DNA of 64,000 nt from Moniliella sp. 'wahieum' (Eukaryota), in NCBI GenBank assembly GCA_003971905.1, contig RSEE01000009.1:124001-188000 (forward strand). The letters run 5' to 3'. Positions within the stretch are counted from its first letter, which is position 1; the number at the start of each line of letters is the position of its first letter. The notes beneath the pieces were generated by a model. It made no database searches and was not told where the DNA came from. It saw only the letters and a program-made list of their open reading frames with translations. A program made the position numbers and the translations under genes. Below are positions 1-12,941 of the stretch, piece by piece.

Positions 1-2
1 TC

Positions 3-335
3 CACACGTACGGCTCAATTGAAGGATTGGTGGCTGCCTATCGCGAAACCGGCAAGCCAAAGACCGGGATTCCAACTGCGTCGGGGTCATGGGAAGCGTA
101 TCTGTCCCAGGTCCAAGTTGCTAGGGCCATTTTCCTCCAATCGCCTAGCCTCCGTCCGTGGGAAAGGATGCTACGAGAGGCTCAAAAGCAAGCACTCCCA
201 GTCATCGAGGACCAATCCATTTGCCTTGATGGAAATGAGGAAGCTTTCAACCAGGAGACCCACCCCAATTCCCAACTCAACGTTGCAGATCCAGCATGTG
301 TGCTGACCTCCTGGCCTCCACCACCCGAGAAGTAG
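3..335 (+). CDS. 3' end of an unidentified ORF entering from the left edge
   Basis: Open frame from the window edge (HTYGSIEGLVAAYRETG...WPPPPEK*) to TAG at 333-335; no recognisable motif. Confidence 0.3.
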   Translation, partial: HTYGSIEGLVAAYRETGKPKTGIPTASGSWEAYLSQVQVARAIFLQSPSLRPWERMLREAQKQALPVIEDQSICLDGNEEAFNQETHPNSQLNVADPACVLTSWPPPPEK

Positions 336-642
336 ATCTTCATACCTCCCATGCAAAACTATACATCACTGCACTGCCTCCCATTCCACTGAATTTCACT
401 TGCTTCCAACGCCTATAGCGCTCTCCTGCCATATACGCCGGCCCCACTGCTACGGTTAACTACAGGATGGTTGCTCATCAGATCGATAATAGAATTGATG
501 CTTGATAGAAAAATCAATCGTTTACACTAATCGGCCGAGTGGGAGCAGTGGGATCTGTCTCCAACGTGGGTGAGGCTCGCCTGCCTCGATCCGGTCAAGT
601 GGGGACTGAACCAATACCTTACATGCTTCCCGACTGACATGC

Positions 643-714
643 GCCTCTTTGGCTCAATGGTAAGGCGTCGCACTCGTAATGCGAAGATTAGTCGTTCGAT
701 TCGGCTAGGAGGCA
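643..714 (+). tRNA. tRNA-Thr (anticodon CGT), intronless
   Basis: Acceptor GCCTCTT/AGGAGGC plus discriminator A; D-loop AATGGTA; anticodon arm TCGCA-CT-CGT-AA-TGCGA (CGT at 675-677); T arm AGTCG-TTCGATT-CGGCT; followed by a T7 Pol III terminator. Confidence 0.93.
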
Positions 715-721
715 TTTTTTT
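715..721 (+). terminator. RNA Pol III oligo-T terminator
   Basis: TTTTTTT immediately after the tRNA-Thr discriminator. Confidence 0.8.
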
Positions 722-863
722 CTTGCTTCGGCCAATTGCACTGTACAAACTTCCAGACACCGAGCTAGCGTATCCAACCAATCTTGTACGCATCACACAC
801 GCGCCACCTGCTCTCCTGCTCTCCCTACAAGGACGAAGGATGCAAGGGTCGAACGGAGGGGCA

Positions 864-1432
864 TTACAGATCCGCCAGTTGAATCTCGAACAACCTCCTC
901 CACTCCTCCACGGGACCTTGGCAGGACCATAAACTCAAGGAGGTAAATGTCAATCTTTCGCTGAGAGCCGATCGCCACACTCCCTCCCGTTCCAGATCGG
1001 CAATTAGGTCGTCTGCTCCCGCGCCCAAATTCGTATAGGCGAGGGAGACGTGCGGCCAGAATTCCCGGGGGGGGAGAGAAAGCGCGGTGGAGACGCAGGT
1101 GTGAACAGCGCCCAACTCCTCTCCCAGCTCGAGAGGAGGACGAGGGACTGGTAATAGGTGCGCCGGGAGGCGGGCGGCTGCACATGCACGGTGAGGTGCG
1201 TGCGCCCCGCCAGGGCGGTGCGGGCGGCAGAAAGGGCGGTGAGCCAGAGGGCGTGCACCTCGGCGGCGGTGAGGGATGTGTCGCGGGTGAGGCGCGAGAG
1301 AAGCGTCATGTGGGGCGGGACGGGCGGGGAGGAGACACGCGGGTGGACATGGGCCATCACCGCCTCGACGGCGTGCGCATCGGCCGGGTGGAGCTCGAGC
1401 CAGAGCGCGAGACGCTCCCAGCTGGGGGGCAT
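864..1432 (-). CDS. 2',3'-cyclic-nucleotide 3'-phosphodiesterase (2H phosphoesterase, Cpd1-like); one frameshift near 1140
   Basis: Joined frames read MPPSWERLALWLELHP...PHMTLLS...RTYYQSL / ...FWPHVSLAY...SLSLWSCQGPVEEWR. Two HxT/S motifs, and the ALWL start and C-terminal GPVEEW pattern fit fungal CPDases. Confidence 0.8.
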
Positions 1433-1551
1433 GCCGAGCAGCAGACGACGCAGGGCAGAGTACGATTGCACGCGGTGCTCCGCCCAGCGCCACCACCCCG
1501 GCCCGGAGGAAACCCAAAATCCAATTCCGCCCCGCCGCCCAGCAGCCACAG

Positions 1552-3496
1552 AATGGGCAAGCAAAGCGCGGCTGATCCCCACCACCACCTCACATGCCGT
1601 CGGGAGCGTCCGCACGCCCGCCAGATGCGCGGCGACGGGCTGGACGACCCCGCAACAGCAACACCACCACCCCACCAGCATCACCAACACCCACACCCAC
1701 ACCAGCACCAGCACCCACACCGCACCCATCCGGCCATCTCCACCCCCATCCCCACCACCAGCATCTCCCCGCCTCTGCCCCCAGCACCGCCAATACCACC
1801 AGCACCCCCCTCCCCGCCACAACCGCATCCTCCTCCTCCTCCAGCATGCCTGACCCTCCCCCGCCTTCGCCTCCACCACCCGCCCCGAGGCGCATCACGA
1901 GTTCCGCATGGAGGTGATTGACGTCAACCCCGTGTCGATGACGCTGCTTCTCCTCTCCGCCCCGCCCCCCTCACCGCCATCGCCGCTGGCACCTCCACCT
2001 CCTCCGCGCTCTTCCAGCAGGGCATCTCGGTCAGCGTGGATGGTCTCAGCTGGAAACATGTGCTCATGTCGGACGGCTCGGGTGCGTCCCTGTCCCCGAC
2101 CCAGGAAGGGGACCATGCCGCGCCCCGCCCCGCGCTCAACATTACTCCCTCGGGCGGCGAGGTGGTGCTGGTCATCTTTGGTTTACGGCCGGGCCGCACG
2201 TGTGTGGTGGAAGTGTACATTGGCGCGATTGCGGTTGCCTCGTTGGTGCGGCGACCGCGGCGGTTACCGCCGCATGAGCGCAGGGCGCTCGTGCCCGATC
2301 CTGAACACGAGGCCAAGTTTGCGTGTTTGAAGCAAGAGCTGGCGCAGTGGGAAGCCAACCGGTCCGAGGCGCAAGGCAAACTGCGCAGTGCACGGCGCGA
2401 CGTGGCCAAGGCCGAACAGGCGCTGCGATCCAACATGGAAGCTGCGCGAAGGGCGCGCGAGCGCGCTGCTGGGCTGGAGGCGCGCGCCGAGCACGCGCAA
2501 CGACGTTGGCTGAGCAGGTCAAAAAGGCCCAGTTGGCCGCAACAGAGTTGCAAGCCCAAGCGGAGGCTGAGGAGAAGGAGACTGTGCGAACAGAGGCGGA
2601 GGATGAGGCTCGTATGGCCAAGTTGGCCGCGGACCTGGCCCAGGCAAGAGAATCTAGCCAAAGAGGACGCTTTGGTGGTTGAGGCCAAGAAAACAACATC
2701 GGACTGCTTGCAGAGCAGGGAAAACGCTCGGAAGAGCTTGAGAAACAAGTGGCCAACGTCACAGCCGAGGTGGAGATGAAGCAATCCACTTCTCTTCCCA
2801 AGTTGAGGAAAGAACTTGAATTGGTTCGGCAACAAATCCAGCAGGTTCAGCTGCAGACCGAGCAGGTCTTGTCCAATCCCCACCCGGGCCAAGAGAAAGA
2901 CAAGGAAAAGGACAAGGACAAGGATAAGGATAAGAAGAAAGTTCGCCGCGCTCGACACGCCCGCACGTCATCGGGGCCTAACACAGGACATGGCCGACGG
3001 CGAGATCGTGGGCGGCATTGGCGAGCACAGCAGGCCCAGGCCCAGGCCCAGGCCCAGGCCCAGGCTGCCAGCTCGCAAGGTGGGACTCAGCCGCCCGCCC
3101 CGGCGCAGGGCACCCCCCATGCACCAGAAGTACCTCTGCCTCGCTCGTTCCTCCCCCCACCAGCCACGAGGTGCAGGACCCTCTCGTCTCGGGCAGCGGC
3201 AGTTCGCCCTCTCTCTCGCCACACCTCGGCTCAACCCCAAGCAGCCCGAGTTTGTGCCTTCGCTGCACCGCAACCCTTGGCGCGGCGTGACGCGCAGTCC
3301 GACCGATGGGCAAGCTGGGTCCGATCGCTCCGCCGTCAACACGGACCAACGTGGTCCCCTCTACCTCGACCCCTTCCATCCCACGCTTCGATTCGCTCGG
3401 AGGGGGGAGTACGATCCCGGGCCCGTCGGCTCGCGTCCTCTCCCTCCGCGCTCTCCCGTCCGCAGCTTTGCCGACGTGGCCTCCCGGCAGAGCTGA
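1552..3496 (+). CDS. Hypothetical protein: His/Pro-rich N-terminus, FN3-like beta domain, long coiled coil; several frameshifts
   Basis: Successive frames give EVIDVNPVSMTLLL...ISVSVDGLSWKHV...VVLVIFGLRPGRTCVVEV (FN3-like), then heptad-rich LKQELAQWE...KLRSARRD...LRKELELVRQQIQ and an LNPKQPEFVP motif. Ends are approximate. Confidence 0.5.
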
Positions 3497-3709
3497 CCGG
3501 GAACATATCATCTGTATTTCGTATGTACTTCCGCCTCGCACACGTGTCCTTCCTTCTTCTACAAGCACGGGACTTGCTCAAGTGGTAGCAGGTTACAGGT
3601 TACAAGTAGGTCAGCCATCGGGGCGTAGATGCATCCATCACATTCATTGATCGATCCATGCTCAGCGCTTAGCGCGCCCTCCTCCTCCCCCCTCCTCCCT
3701 CTTCACTCT

Positions 3710-5595
3710 TCACTCTTCACCCTCGTCCTCGAAAGGGTTGGCGACATAGTCCAAGTCATCCGAATTGTCGTCCTCATTGTCGTCGTCGTCCAGCCCAGCT
3801 AGGGCAGCCCCACCGAGCAACCCGGCGCCCAAGCCCACGCCCACCCCAAGATGCGCACCACCTGCCTTCTCTTCAGGGGCGGTACCAGCCACGCGGCAGG
3901 AGCCGGAGCCAAGGCAGGAGCAGAAGTGGACGTGGAAATGGAAGTGGATGTAAAAGTAGAGCCGGAAGTGGGGTAGGAACAGGGGCAGGAACAGATGTAG
4001 GAGCAGCAGATGTACCGGTAGGGACAGAGGCAGAGGCAGGGTCCGCTGCGGCGGGAGGGGTCTCCCCGTCCTTGTTGGTGGAGCGAGCGTGCTTTGGCCC
4101 CGCTTCTCCACTCACAAACGACTGCATTTTGGACGAGGGCGCAGCCTCAGCGAGGCGGGCAAGAGCCGATCTCGGATTCTCTTTTTCCTTCTTGGTGGAA
4201 CTGGCACTGGACGCTCTCGAAAGCGCGATCAAGTCTCCTTCTCCCACGGGGTGCGCATCGGCATCGGAGCTTTCGTTTACCTGCCAATGTGGTGGGCCCG
4301 AAAGCAGCTCCTTGATCGGTTCCGACTCGGGCGCTTGGCCGCCTGCCGTGGCCGCCGCTGGATCCGCTTGTGCAGCAGAAGGGCGAAAAGAAAACTTATT
4401 GCCGCCCCCTTGACGCGGGAGCCATCCGCCCGGTTGTTGCTCCTTGCCCTGCTCTACCAGAGCCTGAGCACGCGCCTTGAACATGGAGAAGGTCGATGCC
4501 GCACGGGCCATACCAGCTGGACAATTGTTCCAATGGTTAGTCTGAGCACCAAAGAGGAGGATGGCCAACGTACCTTCTGCAGCCCGACTGGCATTGCCGG
4601 CAAATCGATCCAGCTCCCCAGCCCACACGGGGGGTTCTTCTTGGCGCACTTGGTACGGCGCTTGGTAGGTGGGTGACTGTGCTTGGTGCTGGGGTTGCTG
4701 CGCGCGGAGCCGAGGTGGAGGGTGGGAACGGGACTGGTACGCCTGGTACGGCTTTCGCGATGGCGGGGGCGGAGGCGGTCCCTTTGTACTCGGCTTGCGC
4801 ACGCGCGGCTGATAGGCCAATCGGGTTGGGTCGTAGAGCCGTTGGGAATCAGGCGTCGCCGAGGGCAGGGTATCGTGCACTCCCTTGGGGCCGCCCACAG
4901 GGTGTGGGGTGAATACTGGATGCCGAGGCGGCAGGCTCGGCGTGTCCGAGTTGAAGGAGAGCAGGACCTGTACCGCCCGTTCCGGGTCTCCGACCGCCGC
5001 CAAGACATCCTTCACCGTCTCTCTTGGCAGATCGGGAAACATGGCGCACAGACTGCGCAGCGGATCGTGGTCACCCGGATGGTTCTTCGGCAGCGGCGGT
5101 GCTTCTCCCGCATCCGCAGAGGGAGCGGCAGCCCTGGGGTGGTTCTTGGGAAGAGGCGGCGCTTCCTCCGCGGGCATGGTGGCGAGAGAGGGCGGCGGCT
5201 CGGCATGCAGCTCCGCTGCGTGTGATGACTGGACGGGGGAAGAGCGAGACGGATCCTTAGGAGAGGCGGGACCTGGTGAAGGCGCCTCTTGTTGCTGCGG
5301 TTCGTTGGTTTCGTGGGCCTCCTTCGTCTCCGTTGTCTCCGTTGTCTCCTTGGCCTCCTTGCTTCCCGTGGTCTCCTTTGTCTCCTGGGTCTCCGTAGTC
5401 TCCTGAATGGGCTCGGTCGGAGTCTCGGGGGCCTGCTGGGCCTGCGGACCTGCTGGGCCGGGCGGGCGCGTCGAATTCGAGCTGAGGGTCGGGAGCCAGG
5501 GCCTGCTGGGCAGCAAACGTGTTGACAGGAGACCCGATGTGGGCCTCACTCAGGGCGTCGCCCAGAGCAGCCAGATCGACCTGCTGGGTTGCCAT
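3710..5595 (-). CDS. CUE-domain ubiquitin-binding protein (Cue5-like); intron 4517-4573
   Basis: Start MATQQVDLAALGDALS; CUE motif LCAMFPDLPRETVKDVLAAVGDPERAVQVLL; acidic C-terminus DDLDYVANPFEDEGEE*; GTACGT...CTAAC...CAG intron. Confidence 0.75.
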
Positions 5596-5828
5596 GCCGA
5601 GGTGGTGGCGGCGCGGCCACCAGCTGCGGTCACGGGCCCCTCGGCCTGGCGCCTCGGCTTGGCCCCGCCGCCGCGCCCTCGCCGCCCCCGTCGGCCCCAA
5701 GGGTGCATGGTGGACACTCACCCCCTGCGCCCACGCCGCACGGCCACCACCCATCCCACTCACCTCACGCTCACCGCTCACCCGCCAGCCCACTCCGAGT
5801 TGGTTCCGCCTAGGCGGGCGGGCGGTGC

Positions 5829-5861
5829 CTACCTATCTACCTATCTACCTATCTACCTATC
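5829..5861. repeat. (CTACCTAT)n microsatellite
   Basis: About 4 tandem 8-mers in intergenic DNA. Confidence 0.8.
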
Positions 5862-6209
5862 TTGTCTCGTGCACCACCACTGGCGGCCGCCCGGATGGCA
5901 CCCATTCCCGCCCCATGCGTTGTCCAAGGTAGCTACAGATAGCCCCTCTTCCTTGGCCCCGTTGGTCATCTGGCCGACCCCATCAGCAGCGCGCTCCTGG
6001 TGCAGCACGCATCCCTCCTCTCTCCTCTCTCCGTAGCGTGGCACTGGGCCCTGAGCGCGTTGGGCGCCCCCGATCCCATTCGGATGTTTACAATTCAGAC
6101 GCACCACAAGCCAACACGGCGTTGGCACCAGAGGGCAGCAAGTGCGTGTCTCTAGAGTGTCTCTAGAGCCAAGCTGCCCCACGAGGACAGCCGTGTGGGG
6201 AGCCAGGAC

Positions 6210-7061
6210 TTAGTGCCACGATCCCCTGCCTCGGCCGCGGTAGAAGCCGCGACGGGGATAATAGCCGCGTCCCCTTCCCCGTCCGCGTCCGCGTCCGCGT
6301 GCCATGCCGGGTATGTTGGTCCGTTTCGCCGTCACCTTGAGAAGACGGCCGCGGAAGATAGATTCGTTGAGCAACATGGCGCTCGCCACCAAGGAGGGGT
6401 CGGAAAATTCAACATAGGCAAACCTGGTCCAGCGTCAGCGCGGTGCGTCTCGTCTCGTCTCGTCTCGTCTCGTTGAGGGGGAATGGGAGGCACAACGTGC
6501 CAACGGCTCAACGTACCCTTTCGGATGGCCAGTGAACTTGTCACACAAAATGGTGACGCGGTTGATGCTACCGCATCCGCTGAAATGTTGTTGGATTTCC
6601 TCAGGCGACGCACCATAGTCCACCTGGTTGACAGAGGGGGGCGAAGGCGGGAATGGGGGGGTCAGTACTCCGACGCAGTTGAGCACTCCGGAACGTATAC
6701 GCCGCGCTACATCATCAGAACGAAAAAGGAAAAACATACGTTGCCGACATAGATACTGCGTGCATCCACCTCCTCCTTCTCCTCCTCGGTGGGGCCGGAA
6801 CCAGGAGGCCTGGGTCCTTGTGGGGCAGACGTGGATGGTGCAGCGGGGGCAGCGTCGGACTGAGCAGTCATTTCGCGCAGCTTGGCCGCCTCGGCCTCCA
6901 TCTCGGCCATGCGCGCCTTCATCGCCTCAATCTCGGCATCCTCGTCGAGCGCATCCATCTCGGCCCCCACTCCAGCCCACAGCGGCAGCAGGACCACTCG
7001 GCTGCTCGGGAGCTGGTGCAGCAGCGGGGGCGACGGCGGTGGCGGCGAGCGGGTCGGACAT
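6210..7061 (-). CDS. PAB2: Nuclear poly(A)-binding protein 2 (PABPN1/Pab2); introns 6624-6739 and 6424-6516
   Basis: [22 protein letters not shown] coiled coil; [54 protein letters not shown]...[25 protein letters not shown]-rich tail; canonical introns. Confidence 0.93.
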
Positions 7062-7400
7062 GGCGGCTGGGACTGTGGTGGTCCGGAACCAAATTTTCCT
7101 CCCCAGGTGGTTGGAGAGGGAGCGTCGAGGGTCGATGGTCGATGGATGTTTGGCCGGGCGGCGTGACAGGTGACAGGTGAGACGACGCGTGCCGCCGGGC
7201 GGAATGGCAGGCGGAATTGCTGGGCTGCGTCTCGCCCGAGCCGAGGCAGCGCGACGGAGCAGCTGGCCCAAGTCGCGGGGTTTGCGTTTTGCGCTGCGGG
7301 CGCTTCAACGCCCGTACGCCATCCACCATCCCATCCCATCGTCGCCATCGTCGCCCCCCACGTGCCAGGCAGCTCGGCCGCCACCTTCTCCCCCACCCCC

Positions 7401-9355
7401 ATGGCGCGTTCGCCTGGCCCTGACGTGCCAGATCGGCGCAGCGCTGCGCCCTCGGGCGGGCAGGGCGCAGCCGCCAAGCGCTGGCCGCAGGCGCCCTCGT
7501 CGACTCGGCCATCGTGCTCGCTCTCCACTCGGCCGGCTTCCGCCGCTCCTCCAGTCGCGCCGTTGGGATGCTAGGCGAAGTGCTGCAGAGGTACATATCC
7601 CTCCTTGGGCAGCGTGCCCAGGGCAATGCCGAGCTCTCCAACCGCACGGTACCGCGTGAGGGACGTGTGTGCGTCCCTGGAGCAAGTTGGGTCGACCTGG
7701 AGGAGCTGCTGGAGTGGCTGCCGCCCACATCCACCCCAGGTGCCGCCGCTGGCACATCCACAGACGCGTCCGCCCTGACCAACTCGGCTTCGTGCCGCCG
7801 CCGCCCTCGTGCGGCCCGAAGAGGCACTGCCCTCCCCGGCCCGGCCCGTGCTCGAGTACCTCCCCATTGATCCTGCCGACCGACGCGATGCTCTCGCCGC
7901 TGGGGCGGCTGCGTGTGGTACGGAGGCAAACAGGTCTGTTGCGGACGAAGCGATGGATCTCGACTCTTCTTGCAGCGACACGGGAGGCGACTTGTTGTCG
8001 TCCCTATCGGACACGAGCAGCTGCACTTCCTTTCCTCCCGAGCAAGAAGCTCAAGCTCAGTATCTCCCCACCCATGAGTTCATCCCTTGTCATCTTCCTC
8101 CTCTTCCTGAATCCAAGGAGATAGGAAAAGGAAATGAGACGGGCGCATCCCCCACGTCCCTGGCGCCGTCGAGGATGACCTCCCCCTCCCCGACGGGGGA
8201 AGAAGTACCCCCAGATGGACCCAAGCAGCTGTCATCCGAGGAAAACGGTGGGGTTCCTACGTACCCTTCTCCTCTTCGCGGTTTGCTCAGGAGCATGGTA
8301 CCAATGCCGTGCGTGACCTGCCCCGATTCGACTCTTCTCACGTGCGCAAACGGATGCCGGTGCCGGAGGACGATACGGCTCTGTACGCCTATGCCGCCAA
8401 CTTGCACGCCTTGCAGGCCGAGCCTTCCTCTTCCGCCACGGCCAACTACAAGATGGACGATACCGATTCGGCTCTGCCCGATCCTGCTATGCGGTTAGCA
8501 CGGGCCAAGCGACGGCGGATTGCAGCGACGGTAGCGGATGTGGGCCAGTTTTCGCCCGCCGACACGCTCTATGCTGGCGTGGCTGTTCCGGCCGGCGCGC
8601 CCTTCGTACCGGCTCCCTCGATCTTGGTTACTGCGCCCCCGGCGGTGCGCGTTCAACCCGGGACCCACCTGCGAACCTGGCGCCGCTTTTGTCCCGCATC
8701 CACCCGCACGGGCAGAGTGTCGCCCTTTTCCCGCCGTCGGGCGCGCTGCAGCCCGCGCTGGGCTACCCGCTGGCCCGCGCAAGTGGCCAGCGCAGCCATG
8801 GCCGTGGCAGATCACGATGTGCGACGGCGCGTGTCGCGGCTGAGCGATCCAGCGCCGCTGTTGGACGACAAGGGCACCGAGCGTGTGTTCCACGGCAAAC
8901 CGCGCCGCGGCATCTGTTAGGATTGGCCTACGGATCGCTCGCGCCGGCCATCAACGAGTTACGCAGCACGTGGCAGGCAAGCCATCCGGGCGCCGAGTTC
9001 ACCTCCCCGCAGCGAGGCACGCTGGTCTACACGTGGGACTGGACGGCGCGAGATCCGTATGACCGCAACTTGCCGGGCCAGGTCATCTACCCGCCCGGGG
9101 ACTGCACCGATCAGATGGACAAAGATAAAGATAAAGATAAGCTGCGCTCCCTTTCGCCCGCTGCGCGCGCTAGGACTGCGACCCCGCCCCCGCCCCGCCC
9201 CCCCGACACCCCTTGGCGCACGAACTGAGGTCCGACGAAGAACCAGCACCCGCTCGCCGCCTGCTGATCCCGTTCCGCACGCCAACGCACGCGACTCGCC
9301 CTTATCTTCCCCTCCCCCGATGCGGGGGATTGGATCGCGCAGCGGCCGAGGCTAA
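7401..9355 (+). CDS. Bromodomain-associated (BTP) histone-fold protein, TAF3/TAF8-like; frameshifted, 3' end uncertain
   Basis: ALHSAGFRRSSSRAVGMLGEVLQRYISLLGQRAQGNAELSNRT matches the BTP fold pattern; downstream FIPCHLPPLP and WDWTARDPYDRNLPG. Confidence 0.65.
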
Positions 9356-10227
9356 GGGCCTCCCAGGGGCACACTATGTGCTAGCCACCGGCACCGGCCC
9401 CGCCCACGACCGGGGAACATTCGCCCCCGTCCACACCGTTTCCCGCCCTGCTCCGTCCCTTATCCCGTTCGCGCAGTTTACCGCGCAGCCCGGAGCGAGA
9501 TCCGCCGCAGTGCGAGGTGGTACGTCACGCGACCCGTCCCGCGCCAAGCTCCCCGCTGCAAGAGGGGGGGAGCGCGACCGGTCGCACGCAGAGCGCAGTC
9601 CTGGGCCGGTGGCACCGCAGCAAGGCCACCGGCACTTGTGTCGCCACCCTCGGCGCCGGTCCAGGCTGGTACTGCCTCGCCGCCGGGGCGGGGGCGGACG
9701 AGGAGGCAAAGAGCCTAGGGGCCCGGAGGTGCAGGAGGTTGCTCTGCCCCCGCGCCTGCCAGCCCCGCGCACTCGCTTCCCGCGCCCACGCCCTCGCCAC
9801 GCCCGGGGGGACGACTGAGGATGTGCATGTGCGCCGGGGCATGGTGGGTGGGAGGTAGATGTGGGATGGGGTGGAACGCTCCCCTCGCACGCTCTGTTGT
9901 GATGCAATCCCATATCCCATCTGCCCCTGTCACATGTCACGTCAGTATTCAGTGTCCCATGTCGCATGCCACATGTCAGCCTCAGCGCGCCTTCATCAAC
10001 GCTGAACGTTTCATCAACGTCACCGTTCAAGCCCCCATGCGCTAACCCTACGCTGGTCCGTCTGAGGTGCGTGGACCATGTCCCCATGTCCCCGCGGCCA
10101 GGCAGGCAAGCGCCTGTGCACGGATACGTCACGCGCCGCACCGAGCTACTCGCGCGCGGCCCACGGGAGGCTTTTCTTCCACCGGCTTATACACCCGCCT
10201 CTTCGCCACGCCCCTATCCTTCTTCTC

Positions 10228-10304
10228 GTCTGCCGTTTGCTGTCTGCTGTTTGCCGTCTGCTGTTTGCCGTCTGCTGTTTGCCGTCTGCTGTTTGCCGTC
10301 TGCG
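10228..10304. repeat. Heptamer tandem array (GTYTGCY) x11
   Basis: Alternating GTCTGCT/GTTTGCC units read directly. Confidence 0.9.
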
Positions 10305-10344
10305 TTCGCCTGCTGGCGTCCGCGCACGCGCACCCCTCCCCCCC

Positions 10345-11466
10345 ATGCTTTCTCTTCCTGGTCCTCTCAGCAGCGTCCTGTGCCACTTCCACGCGCACGG
10401 CTGTCGCACTGCCCGTCGCCGTGCGCGCCACTCGGCCCTCGCACCCCGCGCCCACCAGTTCTTCCGCACAGCCCAGCCGCGCCGTTCGGTCGGTACCGCC
10501 TCTGGGCGCCCGAGCTCGCGTGGGAGGGGCTCGTAGGGCTCCTGGTACGGTGCGCGTCCGTCGAGCTTGGACGCGGCGGGCGGATGGGGCAAAGTGGCGG
10601 CCAAGGTGGCGTGGGTGGCCGGTACCGCGCTGGTTGCGCAGCGGTTCTTGACCCGTGGCCAGCGGCAGGACGCATTTGCCTTTTCGCCGTACGTCAAGGC
10701 GTACCTGTCCGCAACGTGTACGTGGCTGGCCGCTGGCTTGGCCGTCGCGGTGGCCGGGACGGTTACCTGACCACGTCCGGTCGGGCTTTGCGTTCCGTCT
10801 GGTGCTGACCAAGCGGTGGGTGGGTGGGTGCGGGCCTGGCAGCGTCGATGGGCGGGATGGGGCGGGTGCGTACGGTGCCACCTGGCTGGGTGTCCAAGCT
10901 TGCGTGCTGCACGCTGTTCAACGCATCGCAAGCGGCGGTCCTGGGCCCGGTGGTGGTTGTCGGGCGTACGGGGCCGGCGCGGGCGGGACTGGATACGCTG
11001 GGTGTGGTTGGTGCGCTGGCGTAGGTGGGTGGGTGGGACTACCTCTGCCTCGGTGGCCCGGTCTTGGTTCGCGTGCCGCGTGTCGCGTGTCGCGTGTCGC
11101 GTGTCGCGCCCAGCTCGCTCGCGCCCCTCATCGTGCCCCACGTGGGTGCGCACCCTGGCGGCGAGAGAGATGCTGCGTCTGTCTGGCGGCCTTTTTGCTG
11201 TACGACACGCACCCCCGCCTCCAGTGCGCCGCCCTGTCGGACGCAGGCTTGGTCCCAGCCGACCCGAGCGTCCTTGCCACCCGTCAACAGCGGTAGCAAT
11301 AGCAATAGCGTTACCCCTTCCTCGCACCTCCAAGCCCATCGAAAGTAGCTGCTGGGCCGGTGGTACGTTACGGTGCGGTGCTAGCACTCTCGCGCCTTTC
11401 TCCTCCATGCATCTGCCTCAGTATGGGCTGTTTAGGTTGTTGGTCCATCTGCTTCGTGAAGCCTGA
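10345..11466 (+). pseudogene. Degenerate Bax-inhibitor-1 family / GHITM (MICS1)-like mitochondrial membrane protein
   Basis: Arg-rich presequence-like start. Segments YVKAYLSAT..LAAGLAV, SGFAFRL, GLAASMG, LFNASQAAVLGP, RAGLDTLGVVGALA*VG, YLCLGGP and LYDT follow the GHITM order. In-frame TAG at 11022-11024 and a (CGCGTGT)n array at 11070-11108. Confidence 0.65.
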
Positions 11467-12941
11467 AGCTTGGACCCAGGATTCTCGTCAGCACCCACGG
11501 AGAGGCAATATAGAGGGTGGACCGTGGCCATCGAATCGATGCTCGAGCCCCCGGCCTTGCAGGGGCCGGCGCGCTATATATTCTTAGTACCCGTGGCAGC
11601 CGACACGACGGAACGCAGGGACCGCTGGGACCACCCGGGCTAGGTGTGCGGGGGCACCATGGGCCAGACAGAGAGGGGTTACTAGTACTTGCTGCGTGCG
11701 ATCCGCCGGAGCGCTGGCAGAGGGGGCGGGACGGGGACGCTGCGGGGGCCCAGTGCCGTGCCTGAGGCCTGACACGGCGGGGCAATAGCAATCGCGCCTG
11801 GGGGGGAGGGGGGCATGCAGATGGAAATGTCACGTTGCAATGGGTGGCCACGCTGGGGAAAACGGGGGCGAAATGGGGGCACTGGGCACTGGCCCTTCTG
11901 ACTACTCAGTACTCGGTGGAACGTGGAACGTGGAACGTTGAACGTTGGGGACGTTGAACGTCGAGTGGATTCAGTACGTTCCCCTGTTCAGCTCGCAGGA
12001 GATGGGCGATGGAGGCCGGAGGCGGAGCGCTGCAGGCGGTGCCCCCGTCTCGCGCTGAGCCTGCTGCAATGCATGATGCACGATGCATGATGCATGACAT
12101 GTGACAATGGCCTGCGACTGTGACATGTGGCACGTGACACGGGGCAAGACACAGATCGGCCAATGCGGGAGGCATGTGAGCTGCAGATGGAGATGCTGAG
12201 GCAGGCCAGGGGTGGGAAGTGCAAGTGACGAGGCATGTGCGCTGCATGGCGGTGAGGGATTTGGGGTGTGCTTGCTTATTCGGGACTAGGCCTGCGTAAT
12301 AGTACGCGTCAGGACGCAGGTGCAGCGGCCCGCGGCGGCGGCGTGCGGTTGCGGTTCGGTTGAGTTGGAGCCCCCCTGCAGCTTAGCGCTTACAGCCCCC
12401 CGTACATCAAAACTGCGGCACAAGCGCCACACTGGCGCCCTGCCTGCTGCCGTTGGCAGGCCAAAGCGTATGCCCGTGGGCAGCAAAGCTTAGCGCTTGT
12501 GCTCGACGGGAGCTGCCGCAGCGGGCAGGCAGTGGGAATCGGGACGCGGTAATCGATAATCCCGCGCTGCACGGGGCGCGGGCGGCCGCACGCAGGACGC
12601 GAAGCGCACCGCACCCGCCAGTCTCGCGCCCAGCTGCCAGATCGACGCTCGGGCCGCCGAGCGGTCTGTGGGTCGAAAAAGCTTGGGCGTGAAGCTTAGC
12701 GTGAAGCTTGTTGAGGTGCTGCACGGGATTGGCATCGCAGCACAGCACAGCACAGTGCAGCCCAGCGCCAACGCTGCAGGGGGGGCGCTTGCAGCTGCAG
12801 GGAGCATGTAGATGCACAGCAGACACGCTTGGGCTCTCCAACGCGCTGTCTACTACTAGGCCGGCACACCTCCTCCCCCCCCCCCCCACCACCTTCGTTG
12901 CGCCCCCCCTCCTGTCCCGTCCGCCTGCCTGCGCGCCCACC

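Noticed and set aside
643..1432. Functional link between the tRNA gene and the adjacent Cpd1-like tRNA-splicing by-product enzyme
   Set aside because: This tRNA has no intron, and fungal tRNA genes are dispersed; adjacency is probably chance.
2899..3066. Hexamer runs (GACAAG/GATAAG, CAGGCC), also at ~9119
   Set aside because: Ordinary coding low-complexity dipeptide repeats.
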